Below, piece after piece: positions 11,411-24,596 of a stretch of DNA of 64,000 nucleotides. Position numbers and translations under genes: made by a program. The notes beneath the pieces were generated by a model. The model was given only the letters and a program-made list of their open reading frames with translations, was not told where the DNA came from and ran no database searches. Position 1 is the stretch's first letter, and every line of letters starts with the position of its first letter. The stretch is from an uncultured Gammaproteobacteria bacterium. Lineage in GTDB: Bacteria > Pseudomonadota > Gammaproteobacteria > Chromatiales > Chromatiaceae. The DNA lies in assembly GCA_963695445.1 (NCBI GenBank), contig CAVOGV010000061.1, forward strand, positions 141,715 to 205,714, read 5' to 3'.

Positions 11411-11695
11411 CGTGGTGATTGGCGCTATTACCCTGATTTTGAAGCATAAGCCGGAGTTCGTCTCCGTTGTTGTCGCGGCCGAGCTCATCGTCTCTGATAG
11501 CGACCTCCGCTTCCTTCCCGCGCGGGCCCGCCGTGCCCGCTCGTCGCCTCGTAGTGTGTGCGGTACTCAACTCCCGACTGGCGTGCATCAATAGACAATC
11601 CCACCGCCTTCTGTAATGATTCGGCGCTTTGTGGCTGCCGCAACCATCCTTGGCGGGCGGCACTCAAGTGAAGCCGGCCTATCTGGCATGATTTC

Positions 11696-11881
11696 ATGTG
11701 GCATGATTTGTTGGTCGCGTTGTCGCTGATGCTGGTAATCGAGGGCGTGACGCCATTTCTCGCCCCCGATGCCCTGCGGCGCATGCTGCTGGAGGTGTCG
11801 CGTCAGGACAATCGCAGTCTACGCATCGCCGGTTTAGCAAGTATGGTCGGCGGCGTCGGCCTGCTGTACCTGATCAACTGA
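11696..11881 (+). CDS. DUF2065 (YjeT-like) small membrane protein
   Basis: LVIEGVTPFLAP..LRIAGL; conserved position between hflC and hisZ. Confidence 0.88.
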   Translation: MWHDLLVALSLMLVIEGVTPFLAPDALRRMLLEVSRQDNRSLRIAGLASMVGGVGLLYLIN

Positions 11882-11889
11882 AGGCGCCT

Positions 11890-13107
11890 ATGAACAACGA
11901 ACGCTGGTTGTTGCCGGCCGGGATCGAGGAGGTCCTGCCGCCCGAGGCCGCCGAGATGGAGCGGTTGCGGCGGGCGTTGCTCGACCTGTATGCGGGTTGG
12001 GGCTACGAGCTGGTGATTCCGCCGTTCATCGACTATCTCGAAAGCCTGCTGACCGGCACCGGCCGTGACCTGGACCTGCGGACGTTCAAGCTAACTGATC
12101 AGCTCAGCGGTCGTCTGCTTGGGGTGCGGGCGGACATGACCCCCCAGGTGGCGCGCATCGACGCCCATCAACTGCGCCGCGATTTCCCGACACGGCTCTG
12201 CTACCTCGGTACCGTGCTGCATACGCGCACCGACGGTTTCGCCGGTACCCGCAGCCCGATGCAGATCGGCGCCGAGATCTACGGTCACGATGGCGCCGAG
12301 AGTGACGTCGAGATCCTGCGTCTCATGGTCGCGACGCTGGAGACCGCCGGCATCGACTCCGTGTATCTCGATCTCGGGCATGTCGGTATTTTTCGCGGGC
12401 TCGCGCGGCAGGCCGGATTGAACCATGGGCAAGAGATGGCACTGTTCGATGCCCTGCAGCGTAAGGCGGTGGGCGAGGTCTCCGCGCTGATCGATCAGTG
12501 CGGGTTGAGTCGAATCGTTGGTGCCATGTTGCTGTCGCTGGCCGAGCTCAACGGCGCCGATGCGCTGGTCCGCGCGGAGAGCGCATTGGCCGAGGCCGAC
12601 GAGCCGGTCAAGACGGCGCTGGCGCGTCTGCGCCAGGTTGCCGAGGAGACCAGACGTTGGCTGCCTGATTTGCCGGTCCATTTCGATCTGGCTGAACTGC
12701 GTGGTTACACCTACAAGACCGGCGTCGTGTTCGCGGCCTTTGTGCCCGGTTGGGGTTTGGAGATCGCGCGCGGCGGACGCTACGATGATATCGGCCGCGT
12801 CTTCGGTCGGGCCCGACCAGCAGTCGGGTTCAGCAGCGACCTGAAGGGCCTGATTGCGCTGGCGCGCAAGCCGGCCGACGGCGATGTGTCTGGTGCCGGG
12901 CTGGCGGACGCGATTCTCGTGCCCTGGGATGCGGACCCGGTGTTACAAGCCGAGGTGCAGCGGCTGCGGGCCGCCGGCCGCCGGGTGGTGCAGCGCTTGC
13001 CTGGACAATCGATCGATCCCGCGGCGATGGGTTGTTCGCAGGTGCTGGAACCGGTCGATGGCGCTTGGCGGCTACTGCCTGTCTCCGGCTCGAACGACGG
13101 CCGATGA
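11890..13107 (+). CDS. hisZ: ATP phosphoribosyltransferase regulatory subunit
   Basis: WLLPAGIEEVLP, RADMTPQVARID, RGGRYD; upstream of purA. Confidence 0.94.
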   Translation: MNNERWLLPAGIEEVLPPEAAEMERLRRALLDLYAGWGYELVIPPFIDYLESLLTGTGRDLDLRTFKLTDQLSGRLLGVRADMTPQVARIDAHQLRRDFPTRLCYLGTVLHTRTDGFAGTRSPMQIGAEIYGHDGAESDVEILRLMVATLETAGIDSVYLDLGHVGIFRGLARQAGLNHGQEMALFDALQRKAVGEVSALIDQCGLSRIVGAMLLSLAELNGADALVRAESALAEADEPVKTALARLRQVAEETRRWLPDLPVHFDLAELRGYTYKTGVVFAAFVPGWGLEIARGGRYDDIGRVFGRARPAVGFSSDLKGLIALARKPADGDVSGAGLADAILVPWDADPVLQAEVQRLRAAGRRVVQRLPGQSIDPAAMGCSQVLEPVDGAWRLLPVSGSNDGR

Positions 13108-13147
13108 ACGGTCGATGCAGGTTCGGCAGAACAAGGCAGAACAATGA

Positions 13148-14464
<1,317 letters not shown>

Positions 14465-14595
14465 CCGCGGCCCGCGCCTGTCCCCTGATCTCGCGGCGGC
14501 TGATTGCTTGGACGTTGGGCTGCCCGCGATTGCCCACCCGATCGCGCGCATCCAGGGCGGCGAACAAGAGTACAAGACGAAAGGAGCAGAGCGAC

Positions 14596-14844
14596 ATGAA
14601 CGAGAGCGACCTGGTCATTGAAAGTCTGCGCCTGATGGGCATCGGCATGGGGATCGTGTTCAGTTTTCTGATGCTCCTGGTCGGTCTTCTGCGGGTTATG
14701 TCCTGGCTCGCGCTGAAGATCGCACCCGCCGAGACACCCCAGATGGCGGTGCCTGCCGCGAGCCTGGCCCCCGCAACGCAGGAAGCAGACGACCTGATCG
14801 CCGTGATCTCCGCCGCCATCGCGCGCTACCGCAGCCGAGGCTGA
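14596..14844 (+). CDS. oadG: Oxaloacetate decarboxylase gamma subunit
   Basis: [15 protein letters not shown] segment, Ala/Pro linker, [12 protein letters not shown]. Confidence 0.9.
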   Translation: MNESDLVIESLRLMGIGMGIVFSFLMLLVGLLRVMSWLALKIAPAETPQMAVPAASLAPATQEADDLIAVISAAIARYRSRG

Positions 14845-14926
14845 GACCCCTGGTCGGCTCCATGCCGGCGTGTTCGGCCTCCCCGCAACCACTGCCCTCA
14901 CCAAGCAACGTTCCAGAGACGTGCCC

Positions 14927-16741
14927 ATGAATCACAATACTCCCCTCGGTATCACCGACGTCGTGCTGCGCGACGCCCATCAATCCCTGCTCGCGACGCG
15001 CATGCGCATTGACGACATGCTGCCCATCGCCGAAAAGCTCGACAGCGTTGGCTATTGGTCTCTGGAGACTTGGGGTGGCGCCACGTTCGATGCCTGCATC
15101 CGCTATCTAGGCGAAGACCCGTGGGAGCGTCTGCGGCGATTGAAGGCGGCCATGCCGAAGACGCCGCAGCAGATGCTGCTGCGGGGGCAAAACCTGCTCG
15201 GCTACCGGCACTATGCGGACGATGTGGTGGACAAGTTTGTCGAGCGCGCCGCGGCCAACGGCATCGGCGTCTTTCGCATCTTCGACGCCATGAACGATCT
15301 GCGCAACCTGGAGCAATCGGTGCGCGCGACACTGGCGACGGATGCGCACGCCCAAGGCACCATGTCCTACACCGTCAGTCCGGTGCACAACATGGACTAC
15401 TGGCTGGACATGGGACGCCGTCTTGAGGACCTTGGCTGCCACTCGATCTGCATCAAGGACATGGCCGGTTTGCTACGTCCTTATGTGGCCGAGGAGCTGG
15501 TCACGCGACTGAAGGAGACCTGCGCGATCCCCATCGCGATGCAGTGCCATGCCACCACGGGGCTGAGTACTTCAACCATCGTCAAGGCGGCGGAGGCCGG
15601 CATCGACATGGTCGACACCGCCATCTCCTCCATGAGCATGACCTACGGGCATTCGCCGACCGAGTCGGTCGTCGCGATCCTGCAGGGCACGCCGCGAGAT
15701 ACCGGTCTTGACCTGCTTCTGTTGGAAGAGATCGCCGCCTACTTCCGCGAGGTGCGTAAGAAGTACGCCCGCTTCGAAGGCTCGTTGAAGGGCGTCGATT
15801 CGCGCATCCTGGTCGCGCAGGTGCCCGGTGGCATGCTGACCAACATGGAAAACCAGCTGCGTGAGCAGGGCGCGGAGGATCGGCTCGACGAGGTGTTGGA
15901 GGAGATTCCAAAGGTCCGCGAAGACCTTGGCTTTATCGCGCTGGTGACGCCCACCTCGCAGATCGTCGGTAGTCAGTCGGTGCTGAACGTGCTCATGGGC
16001 GAGCGCTACAAGAGCATCACCAACGAGACCGCCGGCGTGCTAAAGGGCGCGTACGGCTCGACGCCGGCACCGGTGAACAAGGAACTGCAGGCGCGCGTGC
16101 TGGCCGATGGCGAGGAGCCGATCACCTGCCGACCGGCGGACAATCTGAGTCCGGAGATCGACAGGCTGACCGAAGAGTTGGAAGGCATTGCTGGCGAACG
16201 CAAGCTCGATCTGGCCGAGGACGTCGTCGACGACGTGCTGACCTACGCGATGTTTCCCCAGGTGGGTCTCAAGTTCCTCGAGAACCGCAACAATCCGGCC
16301 GTGTTCGAGCCCCCACCTTGGCTGATCGAGGACAAGCCCGCGGCTGTCGCCGCCCAGACCGTCCCGGCGGCGCCTGTTCCCGTCTCGGGTCCGGAGTCCT
16401 ATCGGGTGGAGGTCAACGGCAAGAGCTACGATGTGCGTGTCTCGCCCAAGGGTGCGGTCGAGACCGTTTCCGCTGGGGCGCCAACGCCCGAATCGGCCCC
16501 GGCATCTGCCCCGGTGCCGGCCGCGGAGGCACGCGTGATCGAGTCGCCACTGGCGGGCAACATCGTCAAGATCAACGTCGGGCTCGGTCAACGCGTTGCC
16601 AGTGGCGATGTCGTGGTCGTGCTCGAGGCCATGAAGATGGAGACCGAGGTGCGCTCGCCGTCGGCCGGCAGTGTGACCGAGATTCGCATCAAGGAAGGCG
16701 ACGCGGTCGGCCTCGGTGCCGCCTTGTTGGTCTTGGGCTGA
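14927..16741 (+). CDS. oadA: Oxaloacetate decarboxylase alpha subunit
   Basis: [30 protein letters not shown], biotin motif EAMKM. Confidence 0.96.
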   Translation: MNHNTPLGITDVVLRDAHQSLLATRMRIDDMLPIAEKLDSVGYWSLETWGGATFDACIRYLGEDPWERLRRLKAAMPKTPQQMLLRGQNLLGYRHYADDVVDKFVERAAANGIGVFRIFDAMNDLRNLEQSVRATLATDAHAQGTMSYTVSPVHNMDYWLDMGRRLEDLGCHSICIKDMAGLLRPYVAEELVTRLKETCAIPIAMQCHATTGLSTSTIVKAAEAGIDMVDTAISSMSMTYGHSPTESVVAILQGTPRDTGLDLLLLEEIAAYFREVRKKYARFEGSLKGVDSRILVAQVPGGMLTNMENQLREQGAEDRLDEVLEEIPKVREDLGFIALVTPTSQIVGSQSVLNVLMGERYKSITNETAGVLKGAYGSTPAPVNKELQARVLADGEEPITCRPADNLSPEIDRLTEELEGIAGERKLDLAEDVVDDVLTYAMFPQVGLKFLENRNNPAVFEPPPWLIEDKPAAVAAQTVPAAPVPVSGPESYRVEVNGKSYDVRVSPKGAVETVSAGAPTPESAPASAPVPAAEARVIESPLAGNIVKINVGLGQRVASGDVVVVLEAMKMETEVRSPSAGSVTEIRIKEGDAVGLGAALLVLG

Positions 16742-16756
16742 TCGGGGGCCGATCAG

Positions 16757-17893
16757 ATGGAAGAGATCCTCAAACTCTGGCAATCCATGGGGATCGCCAA
16801 CATGGAGTGGGGCCAGCTGTTGATGATGGCTGTCGGTGGCGGTCTGATCTATCTGGCGATCGCGAAAAAGTTCGAACCCTTGCTGCTGGTGCCGATCGGT
16901 TTCGGTGCCGTGCTCAGCAACATCCCGGTGGCCGGCATTGGCGGCCACGACGGCATGATCGGCATGATTTACGAGGTAGGTGTCGAGACCGGCATCTTCC
17001 CGCTGCTGATTTTCATGGGCGTTGGGGCGTTGACGGATTTCGGTGCGCTGATCGCGCGGCCGTCGACACTGCTGCTCGGTGCCGCCGCTCAGTTCGGTAT
17101 CTTCGCCACGCTGATCGGCGCGGTTGCGCTCAACTTCGTTCCAGGCTTTGAATTCACGCTGCAGGATGCCTCCGCCATTGCGATCATCGGCGGCGCGGAC
17201 GGTCCGACCGCTATCTTCCTGGCGTCGCGACTGGCGCCTGATCTGCTGGGTGCGATTGCCGTCGCCGCTTACTCCTACATGGCGCTGGTGCCCATCATCC
17301 AGCCGCCGATCATGCGCGCGCTGACCACCAAGAAGGAGCGCGCGGTGGTGATGCAGCAAATGCGACCCGTGTCGCAATTGGAGCGCATCCTGTTCCCGAT
17401 CGTCGTGCTGCTGCTGTGCGCGGCGCTACTGCCATCGGCGGCGCCGCTGATTGGCATGTTGACCTTCGGCAACTTGCTGCGCGAATCTGGCGTTGTTGAA
17501 CGGCTGAGCCGGGCGGCCCAGAACGAGATCATCAACATCGTCACCATCATGCTCGGCCTGGCCGTCGGCTCCAAGCTCTCCGCCGACAAGTTCTTGGCCG
17601 TGGAGACACTGGGCATCCTGGTGCTCGGTGCGCTCGCTTTCTGCATTGGCACCGCGGCCGGCGTGATCATGGGCAAGATCATGTACCGGGTGACCGGCGG
17701 CAAGGTGAACCCCTTGATCGGCGCGGCCGGGGTCTCGGCGGTGCCCATGGCGGCACGCGTGGTGAACAAGGTCGGACTCGAAGAGGATCATCACAACTTT
17801 CTGCTCATGCATGCCATGGGGCCGAACGTGGCCGGCGTGATCGGGTCCGCGGTCGCAGCGGGAGTGCTGTTGGCGCTGACGGGTAATCCGTAG
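16757..17893 (+). CDS. oadB: Oxaloacetate decarboxylase beta subunit (Na+ pump)
   Basis: [46 protein letters not shown]. Confidence 0.96.
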   Translation: MEEILKLWQSMGIANMEWGQLLMMAVGGGLIYLAIAKKFEPLLLVPIGFGAVLSNIPVAGIGGHDGMIGMIYEVGVETGIFPLLIFMGVGALTDFGALIARPSTLLLGAAAQFGIFATLIGAVALNFVPGFEFTLQDASAIAIIGGADGPTAIFLASRLAPDLLGAIAVAAYSYMALVPIIQPPIMRALTTKKERAVVMQQMRPVSQLERILFPIVVLLLCAALLPSAAPLIGMLTFGNLLRESGVVERLSRAAQNEIINIVTIMLGLAVGSKLSADKFLAVETLGILVLGALAFCIGTAAGVIMGKIMYRVTGGKVNPLIGAAGVSAVPMAARVVNKVGLEEDHHNFLLMHAMGPNVAGVIGSAVAAGVLLALTGNP

Positions 17894-17928
17894 CATCGTC
17901 GCGGCCCGGATCAGCATCGCTATCGGCG

Positions 17929-17958
17929 TTGACATAAACTGCCCTCAACATCTATATT
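17929..17958 (+). promoter_or_regulatory. Sigma70 promoter of yceD-rpmF
   Basis: TTGACA-18 bp-TATATT, ending 9 nt before the yceD ATG. Confidence 0.7.
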
Positions 17959-17967
17959 GGCGGGCTT

Positions 17968-18615
17968 ATGTCCGAGCCGATGTCAGAGCCGTTACCGGAG
18001 TTGCTCGACCCGCGCAGGGCGGTCGCGCTAGGCTCCTCTTTTGAGGGTCGGATGGAGATCGCGCGGCTGTCGAGACTGCGGCCGTTGCTAGCGTCGACGG
18101 AAGGTTCGGTGGGCTACCGACTCAGCTTCGGCAAGGACGAGCGAGGTTACGGCGTCGTCACTGGACGGGTGGTCGGCGAATTGCGCTTGCGCTGTCAGCG
18201 CTGTAATGATGCGATGATCTTGCCGGTCGACAGCGCATTATCGCTGGCACTGACTGAGGGTCTCGACGAGGCTGGCGCGCTGCCCGACGACTATGATCCG
18301 CTGCTGCTGGACGGGCGGCTGATGCGCTCAAGCGAGCTGATCGAAGATGAATTGCTGTTGGCCGTGCCGGTTGTTCCTCGTCACCCTGAAGGCAGTTGCG
18401 AGGCGCCGCTGTTTGGACCGCCCCACTGCGAGCGTGTCGGGGGAGACGGACGAGAGGCCGCGGGCATGCGCATGACGTCCCAACGCAGGGCGAAAGTCGA
18501 GCCCGAGATCGCTCCTGGGCTACAGCGGGAAGAGCAGCCGGTATCGCAGACCGAATCCGAACGTCCGAACCCGTTCGCAGCGCTCGCCGCGTTGCGTCGG
18601 GACCGGAACAAGTAA
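17968..18615 (+). CDS. yceD: DUF177 / YceD 23S rRNA accumulation protein
   Basis: CQRC, LIEDELLLAVP, NPFAAL; upstream of rpmF. Confidence 0.92.
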   Translation: MSEPMSEPLPELLDPRRAVALGSSFEGRMEIARLSRLRPLLASTEGSVGYRLSFGKDERGYGVVTGRVVGELRLRCQRCNDAMILPVDSALSLALTEGLDEAGALPDDYDPLLLDGRLMRSSELIEDELLLAVPVVPRHPEGSCEAPLFGPPHCERVGGDGREAAGMRMTSQRRAKVEPEIAPGLQREEQPVSQTESERPNPFAALAALRRDRNK

Positions 18616-18651
18616 AACGAACGCGAATCAGACGGAAACGCGGAGACTAAA

Positions 18652-18828
18652 ATGGCCGTTCAACAGAACAGAAAGACGCCGTCCAAGCGCGGCATGCGTC
18701 GCTCCCATGACGCGCTGTCGAAACCGACCCTGTCGGAGGACCCTACCAGCGGCGAACTTCATCGTCGCCATCACGTGACGCCCGACGGTTTCTACCGCGG
18801 CCGCAAGATCATCGACAAGGCCGACTGA
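18652..18828 (+). CDS. rpmF: 50S ribosomal protein L32 (58 aa, not in ORF track)
   Basis: Manual translation [58 protein letters not shown]. Confidence 0.98.
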   Translation: MAVQQNRKTPSKRGMRRSHDALSKPTLSEDPTSGELHRRHHVTPDGFYRGRKIIDKAD

Positions 18829-19100
18829 ATCCATTCCTGTCCGTACTGCGTTCCACACGGACTGACTCCCCCGCACCCGTTCTCGGACCGTCGTCAACCA
18901 CTCGCAGTCTCGGCCTCCGGCATCTCATCGCCGGTGCTCGGGTGCCTGGTGAATGACTACCGAGCCGGCATGGTCCGATGTGCGGACGACGGCGTCCGGA
19001 AGCGGTTGGCAGAAACAGCTCTCGTGATCCGACGGCGCACCAGCTGAGTCTTGCGGGACAGGGTACGACACATGGTACGGGCACAGACAGGAGCGCGTAA

Positions 19101-20144
19101 ATGGGCCGACGTCTAACCATCGCCCTCGACGCCATGGGCGGCGACCACGGGACTGATGCCGCTGTCCCGGCGGCGTTCGGCTACCTTGATCGCTCCCGCG
19201 ACGTCGACCTGATTCTGGTCGGTCGGCAGGATGTGCTCGATCCGCTGCTTGACGCCGGCAACTTGCCGGTCGAGGCTCGGCGCCGCGTTCGGGTGCACCA
19301 TGCGTCCCAGGTGGTCGACATGGACGAAGCGCCGTCGAAGGCGCTGCGCGGCAAGAAGGATTCGTCGATGCGCGTCGCCATCGACCTGGTGAAATCGGGC
19401 GACGCCGATGCCTGCGTCAGCGCTGGCAATACCGGTGCCTTGATGGCGACAGCACGTTTTGTGCTTAAGACCCTCCCGCACGTGGATCGGCCGGCCATCA
19501 TCAGCGCCATTCCGTCCATTAGCGGCTGCACGCACATGCTCGATCTTGGCGCCAACGTCGATTGCAGCGCGGCGCAGCTCTTCCAGTTCGCGGTGATGGG
19601 CAGCGAGCTGGTGCGCGCCGTCCAAGGCGTCGCGCAGCCCACCGTCGGTCTGTTGAACATCGGAGAGGAAGAGATCAAAGGCAACGACCAGGTGCGGCAG
19701 GCCCACGAGTTGATTCTCGCAAGCTCGCTGAACTATGTCGGCTATGTCGAGGGCGACGACATTTACATGGGCGGTGTTGATGTGGTCGTCGCGGACGGAT
19801 TCGTTGGCAACGTCGCACTGAAGAGTAGCGAAGGTGTCGCCAAGCTGATGGCGCACATGTTGGGGCAGCACTTCCGCAAGAATCTGCTGACCCGGATCGC
19901 GGCGCTGGTGGCGCTGCCGGTCTTGAAGTCATTCAAACGCGATGTCGATCCGCGCCAGTATAACGGTGCCAGCCTTGTGGGACTGCGCGGCATTGTCGTC
20001 AAGAGCCACGGTGGCGCCGATCAGTTTGCCTTTGGGCAAGCCATACACATTGCTGAAAAGGAGATCCACGCCAATGTCATCGAACGCATCGAGCACGAGG
20101 TGAGCGCACACCTCGGCGACTGGCGTGAAAGGGCGATGGCGTGA
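19101..20144 (+). CDS. plsX: Phosphate acyltransferase
   Basis: [34 protein letters not shown]. Confidence 0.97.
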   Translation: MGRRLTIALDAMGGDHGTDAAVPAAFGYLDRSRDVDLILVGRQDVLDPLLDAGNLPVEARRRVRVHHASQVVDMDEAPSKALRGKKDSSMRVAIDLVKSGDADACVSAGNTGALMATARFVLKTLPHVDRPAIISAIPSISGCTHMLDLGANVDCSAAQLFQFAVMGSELVRAVQGVAQPTVGLLNIGEEEIKGNDQVRQAHELILASSLNYVGYVEGDDIYMGGVDVVVADGFVGNVALKSSEGVAKLMAHMLGQHFRKNLLTRIAALVALPVLKSFKRDVDPRQYNGASLVGLRGIVVKSHGGADQFAFGQAIHIAEKEIHANVIERIEHEVSAHLGDWRERAMA

Positions 20145-21100
20145 GTATCTATTCACGCATTCTCGGCACCGGCGGTTTTCTACCGGCCAAGGTCGTCACC
20201 AATCAGGATCTGGAGCGGTTAGTGGACACCACCGACGCCTGGATACAGGAACGCACCGGAATCCGCCAGCGACACGTGGTCAGCGACGGCGAGACCTGCG
20301 TCGACCTGGCCGAGGCCGCCGCCCGGCGCGCCATCGATGCCGCTGGAATCGCGCCCGCGGACATCGATCTGATCGTGATGGCGACAACGACCCCGGATCA
20401 GACCTTTCCAAGCAGCGCCTGCCTGTTGCAACACCGGCTCGACATCCACGGCTGTCCGGCCTTCGATGTGCAGGCCGTGTGCACTGGCTTTATCTACGCC
20501 TTGGCAATCGCGGACAAGTTTGTCCGCACCGGCAGCGCCACCAAGGCACTGGTGGTTGGTGCGGAGACCTTTTCGCGCATCATCGACTGGACCGATCGGG
20601 GCACCTGCGTCATATTCGGCGACGGCGCCGGCGCTGTTGTGATCGGCGCCGACGATGAGCCCGGTATCATCTCTTCGTGTCTGCATGCAGACGGGGCATA
20701 CCGGGAACTGCTGCAGGTGCCGGCTGGTATCGGCAATGGCGGCAACGGCTCGCCCTTTGTCGAGATGAAGGGTAACGAGGTGTTTCGCGTTGCTGTCACC
20801 ACGCTCGGGCGCATCGTCGACGAGACCCTGAACGCTAACGGCATGACCCGCGCCGATATCGACTGGCTGGTCCCGCATCAGGCGAACATGCGCATTATCC
20901 AGGCGACCGCCCGCAAGCTCGATCTGCCCATGGAGCAGGTCGTTGTGACCGTCGGTTCCCACGGCAACACCTCGGCGGCGTCGGTCCCACTCGCCTTCGA
21001 TCAGGCCGTGCGTGATGGCCGCATCCAACGGGGTCAGAACGTGCTAATGGAGGCCTTCGGTGGTGGCTTTACCTGGGGCTCCGTGCTGCTTCGTTACTGA
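20141..21100 (+). CDS. fabH: 3-oxoacyl-ACP synthase III
   Basis: AVCTGF, FGDGAGA, PHQAN, GNTSAAS; GTG start overlaps plsX stop. Confidence 0.97.
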   Translation: MSIYSRILGTGGFLPAKVVTNQDLERLVDTTDAWIQERTGIRQRHVVSDGETCVDLAEAAARRAIDAAGIAPADIDLIVMATTTPDQTFPSSACLLQHRLDIHGCPAFDVQAVCTGFIYALAIADKFVRTGSATKALVVGAETFSRIIDWTDRGTCVIFGDGAGAVVIGADDEPGIISSCLHADGAYRELLQVPAGIGNGGNGSPFVEMKGNEVFRVAVTTLGRIVDETLNANGMTRADIDWLVPHQANMRIIQATARKLDLPMEQVVVTVGSHGNTSAASVPLAFDQAVRDGRIQRGQNVLMEAFGGGFTWGSVLLRY

Positions 21101-21112
21101 CTTTCGCCGCTG

Positions 21113-22060
21113 ATGACTGATCCTAAGCTCGCTTTTGTCTTTCCCGGCCAGGGCTCACAGGCCGTCGGTATGCTCGACGACCTGGCCGCTGCGTTTCCCC
21201 TTGTCCGTGATACCTTTGCCGAGGCCTCCGCGGTGCTCGGCTACGACCTGTGGTCGTTGACCAGCGATGGCCCGAAAGAGGCACTGGATCAGACCGAGCG
21301 CACGCAGCCGGCCATGCTCACCACCGCCGTCGCCATCTGGCGGTGCTGGCAGGCCCAGGGCGGGCAGCTGCCGTCGGTCATGGCCGGGCACAGCCTTGGG
21401 GAGTATTCGGCGCTGATCTGCGGCGGGGTGCTCGAATTTACCGACGCGGTCGCGTTGGTGGCGGAGCGCGCTCGTTTGATGCAATCGGCGGTGCCGAAGG
21501 GCAAGGGCGCGATGGCCGCGCTGCTTGGGCTCGACGACCAGGCGGTGCTGGCACTGTGCCGGGAACAGGCGGGCGATCAGGTGCTAGAGGCGGTAAATTT
21601 CAACGCACCCGGACAAGTCGTTATCGGCGGTGATCGCGACGCGGTGGAACGCGGAATCGTGGCGGCCAAAAAGGCTGGCGCAAAGCGTGCGATCATGCTG
21701 GCGGTGAGCGTGCCGTCCCACTGCGCGTTGATGCGCGATGCCGCCACTGCACTGTCCGCCCGTCTCACCAGCGTACAGCTCAGCATGCCCGCGGTGGAGG
21801 TGCTTCACAATGTCAGCGCTGGCCCCGCCAGTTCGACGGAGGAACTCCGCGACCTGATGGAGCGGCAGCTGTACCTGCCGGTCCGGTGGGTGGATACGGT
21901 GCGGGCCATGGCCGACCGGGGTGTGACCATCGCGATTGAATGTGGGCCTGGCAAGGTATTGGCTGGTCTGGGCAAGCGTATCGATAAGCGCATCGAATTT
22001 CTGCCGGTGTTCGACGACGTCGGGTTGCGCAAGGCTTTGGAGGCAACAGCACATGCTTGA
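21113..22060 (+). CDS. fabD: Malonyl-CoA:ACP transacylase
   Basis: FPGQGSQ, GHSLGEY, SVPSHC. Confidence 0.97.
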   Translation: MTDPKLAFVFPGQGSQAVGMLDDLAAAFPLVRDTFAEASAVLGYDLWSLTSDGPKEALDQTERTQPAMLTTAVAIWRCWQAQGGQLPSVMAGHSLGEYSALICGGVLEFTDAVALVAERARLMQSAVPKGKGAMAALLGLDDQAVLALCREQAGDQVLEAVNFNAPGQVVIGGDRDAVERGIVAAKKAGAKRAIMLAVSVPSHCALMRDAATALSARLTSVQLSMPAVEVLHNVSAGPASSTEELRDLMERQLYLPVRWVDTVRAMADRGVTIAIECGPGKVLAGLGKRIDKRIEFLPVFDDVGLRKALEATAHA

Positions 22061-22796
22061 GGGCGAAATTGCACTGGTCACCGGCGCCAGCCGAGGTATC
22101 GGGCGCGCGATCGCCGAGGCGTTGTTGACGCAAGGGGCAGCCGTGGCTGGCACCGCAACCACCGACGCCGGCGCCGAACGCATCGCGGCCGAACTGGCTG
22201 GTCACGGCCGTCGCGTTCTCGGCCTGCGGCTCAACGTCACGGATTCCGCATCCGTCGAGGCAACGCTGGCGGCGATCAACGATGCATTCGGCGGTGCGCC
22301 CAGCATTCTCGTGAATAACGCCGGGATCACCCGCGACAACCTGCTGATGCGCATGAAGGATGCAGAGTGGGATGACGTCATCGACACCGATTTGACGTCG
22401 ATCTACCGCCTGTGCAAGGCCTGTCTGCGCCCAATGACCAAGGCACGGAAGGGCCGCATCATCAACATCGCGTCGGTGGTTGGGGCTTCCGGTAATGCCG
22501 GTCAAACTAATTACGCCGCGGCCAAGGCCGGCATGATCGGCTTCTCGAAATCGTTGGCGCGTGAGGTAGGTTCGCGCGGAATCACAGTCAATTGCGTCGC
22601 GCCGGGATTCATCGACACCGACATGACGCGGGAATTGTCGGATGAGCAACGCGGTGCGTTGCTCGGAACGATTCCCCTGGGCCGGCTCGGACAGCCTGCC
22701 GAAATCGCTTCGGTCGTCGCCTTTCTGGCGTCTCCTGCGGCGGCATACATGACCGGCGAGACGTTGCACGTCAACGGCGGAATGTATATGGGATGA
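22053..22796 (+). CDS. fabG: 3-oxoacyl-ACP reductase
   Basis: TGASRGIG, NNAGITRD, NYAAAK. Confidence 0.97.
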   Translation: MLEGEIALVTGASRGIGRAIAEALLTQGAAVAGTATTDAGAERIAAELAGHGRRVLGLRLNVTDSASVEATLAAINDAFGGAPSILVNNAGITRDNLLMRMKDAEWDDVIDTDLTSIYRLCKACLRPMTKARKGRIINIASVVGASGNAGQTNYAAAKAGMIGFSKSLAREVGSRGITVNCVAPGFIDTDMTRELSDEQRGALLGTIPLGRLGQPAEIASVVAFLASPAAAYMTGETLHVNGGMYMG

Positions 22797-22860
22797 TCAA
22801 GCTAAATAAAAAGAGATTAAAAACATCCGTTTGAAAATAGCCTTTAATTGTTATTCGAGC

Positions 22861-22889
22861 TTTTAAGGGCCGCCTTTTGTCTCTAGAAT
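22861..22889 (+). promoter_or_regulatory. Probable sigma70 promoter of acpP
   Basis: TTTTAA-17 bp-TAGAAT preceded by an AT-rich tract (22800-22860). Confidence 0.4.
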
Positions 22890-22943
22890 ACAGCGGTCGC
22901 CGCAATCAGAGCGATCTGTCCATAACCAGAGGGTTACAACACA

Positions 22944-23180
22944 ATGAGCAGCGTTGAAGATCGAGTCCGGAAGATTGTCGTCGAACAGTTGGGTGTCAAG
23001 GAAGAGGAGGTCAGTGCCGAGTCGTCCTTCGTCGACGACCTGGGCGCCGATTCCCTGGACACCGTCGAACTGGTCATGGCACTCGAGGAGGAATTCGAGA
23101 CCGAGATTCCCGACGAAGACGCGGAGAAGATCACGACGGTCAAGCAGGCCATCGACTACATCAACGAGCACCTGAACTGA
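22944..23180 (+). CDS. acpP: Acyl carrier protein
   Basis: [20 protein letters not shown]. Confidence 0.99.
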   Translation: MSSVEDRVRKIVVEQLGVKEEEVSAESSFVDDLGADSLDTVELVMALEEEFETEIPDEDAEKITTVKQAIDYINEHLN

Positions 23181-23318
23181 GGCGGTTCGACGGAAACGAG
23201 CAGGCGCACTCCGCCCGGCCTGTCGGCACTGACGCGCCGGCACAGGCGGAGGTACGAATGGCCGACCAACGCAGTGCCCGAGGCCGGGCAGGGTCGGCAA
23301 TCAATCGAGAGGTGAGTC

Positions 23319-24557
23319 ATGTCAGGTAGAAGGGTTGTCGTCACCGGTGTGGGCATCGTTGCCCCGGTCGGACTCGACGTTAAGTCCGCCTGGGATAGTA
23401 TTCTCGCTGGTCGCAGCGGAATTCAGCCAATCACGCATTTCGACGTGGCGCCCTTCAACACCCGTTTCGGGGGGCCGATCTACGGTTTCGACGCAACCAA
23501 ATACGTCTCCAAGAAGGAGGCGCGAAAGATGGATGCGTTTATCCATTACGGCGTCGCCGCGGGTACTCAAGCCATCGAAGATGCGGGCTTGCCGATTAGC
23601 GACGAGAACCGCAAGCGGATCGGCGTCGCCATCGGCTCGGGCATTGGGGGCATCACCGGCATCGAGAACAACTATGCGGCTTACCGCGACGGAGGCCCGC
23701 GTAAGATCTCGCCGTTCTTCGTGCCCGCCAACATCGTCAATATGGTCGCTGGCGACCTGTCGATCAAATACGGGCTCAAGGGTCCGAATTTCTCGATCGT
23801 CTCAGCCTGCAGTACAGGCACGCACAACATCGGCGAGGCCGCGTACATGATTCGGCACGGTATTGTCGATGCCATGGTCGCGGGCGGCGCCGAGATGGCG
23901 ACATCGCCGGTGGGTCTCGGCGGCTTCTCGGCAGCGCGTGCCCTGTCGACCCGCAATGACGACCCCCAGCGCGCGAGTCGGCCGTTCGACAAGGACCGCG
24001 ACGGATTCGTCCTCAGCGACGGTGCCGGCGTGATGGTGCTCGAGGAATACGAGGCCGCGAAGGCACGTAACGCCAAGATCTATGCGGAGATCGTCGGTGT
24101 CGGCATGAACTCGGATGCCTACCACATGACTGCGCCGTCCGAGAACGGAGAGGGCGCCAGCGACTGCATGCTGCTCGCGCTGCACGATGCTGGTTTGAAC
24201 CCGGAGGCCATCGATTACATCAATGCACACGGTACTTCTACCCCGGCTGGCGACATTGCCGAGACCAAGGGGATCAAGCGTGCGTTCGGCGAGCATGCCT
24301 ACAAGCTCGCGGTGAGTTCGACGAAGTCCATGACGGGCCACATGCTCGGGGCGGCCGGCGGCGCCGAGGCGATATTCAGCGTGCTTGCGATCCGCGATCA
24401 GGTCGCACCGCCGACAATCAACTACGAGACGCCAGACCCCGACTGCGATCTCGACTGCGTGCCGAATACGGCCCGGGACATGAAGATCGACTACGCGCTG
24501 AGCAACTCCTTCGGTTTCGGCGGTACCAACGGTACGCTGGTCTTCAAGCGCCTGTAA
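23319..24557 (+). CDS. fabF: 3-oxoacyl-ACP synthase II
   Basis: [27 protein letters not shown]. Confidence 0.97.
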   Translation: MSGRRVVVTGVGIVAPVGLDVKSAWDSILAGRSGIQPITHFDVAPFNTRFGGPIYGFDATKYVSKKEARKMDAFIHYGVAAGTQAIEDAGLPISDENRKRIGVAIGSGIGGITGIENNYAAYRDGGPRKISPFFVPANIVNMVAGDLSIKYGLKGPNFSIVSACSTGTHNIGEAAYMIRHGIVDAMVAGGAEMATSPVGLGGFSAARALSTRNDDPQRASRPFDKDRDGFVLSDGAGVMVLEEYEAAKARNAKIYAEIVGVGMNSDAYHMTAPSENGEGASDCMLLALHDAGLNPEAIDYINAHGTSTPAGDIAETKGIKRAFGEHAYKLAVSSTKSMTGHMLGAAGGAEAIFSVLAIRDQVAPPTINYETPDPDCDLDCVPNTARDMKIDYALSNSFGFGGTNGTLVFKRL

Positions 24558-24596
24558 TCCTCGTCGCGCGCAGGTCCTTGCCCGGCGCGCCCGCCA

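Noticed and set aside
11412-11594. 60-aa ORF between hflC and DUF2065
   Set aside because: Starts directly after a terminator, no RBS, no recognisable features
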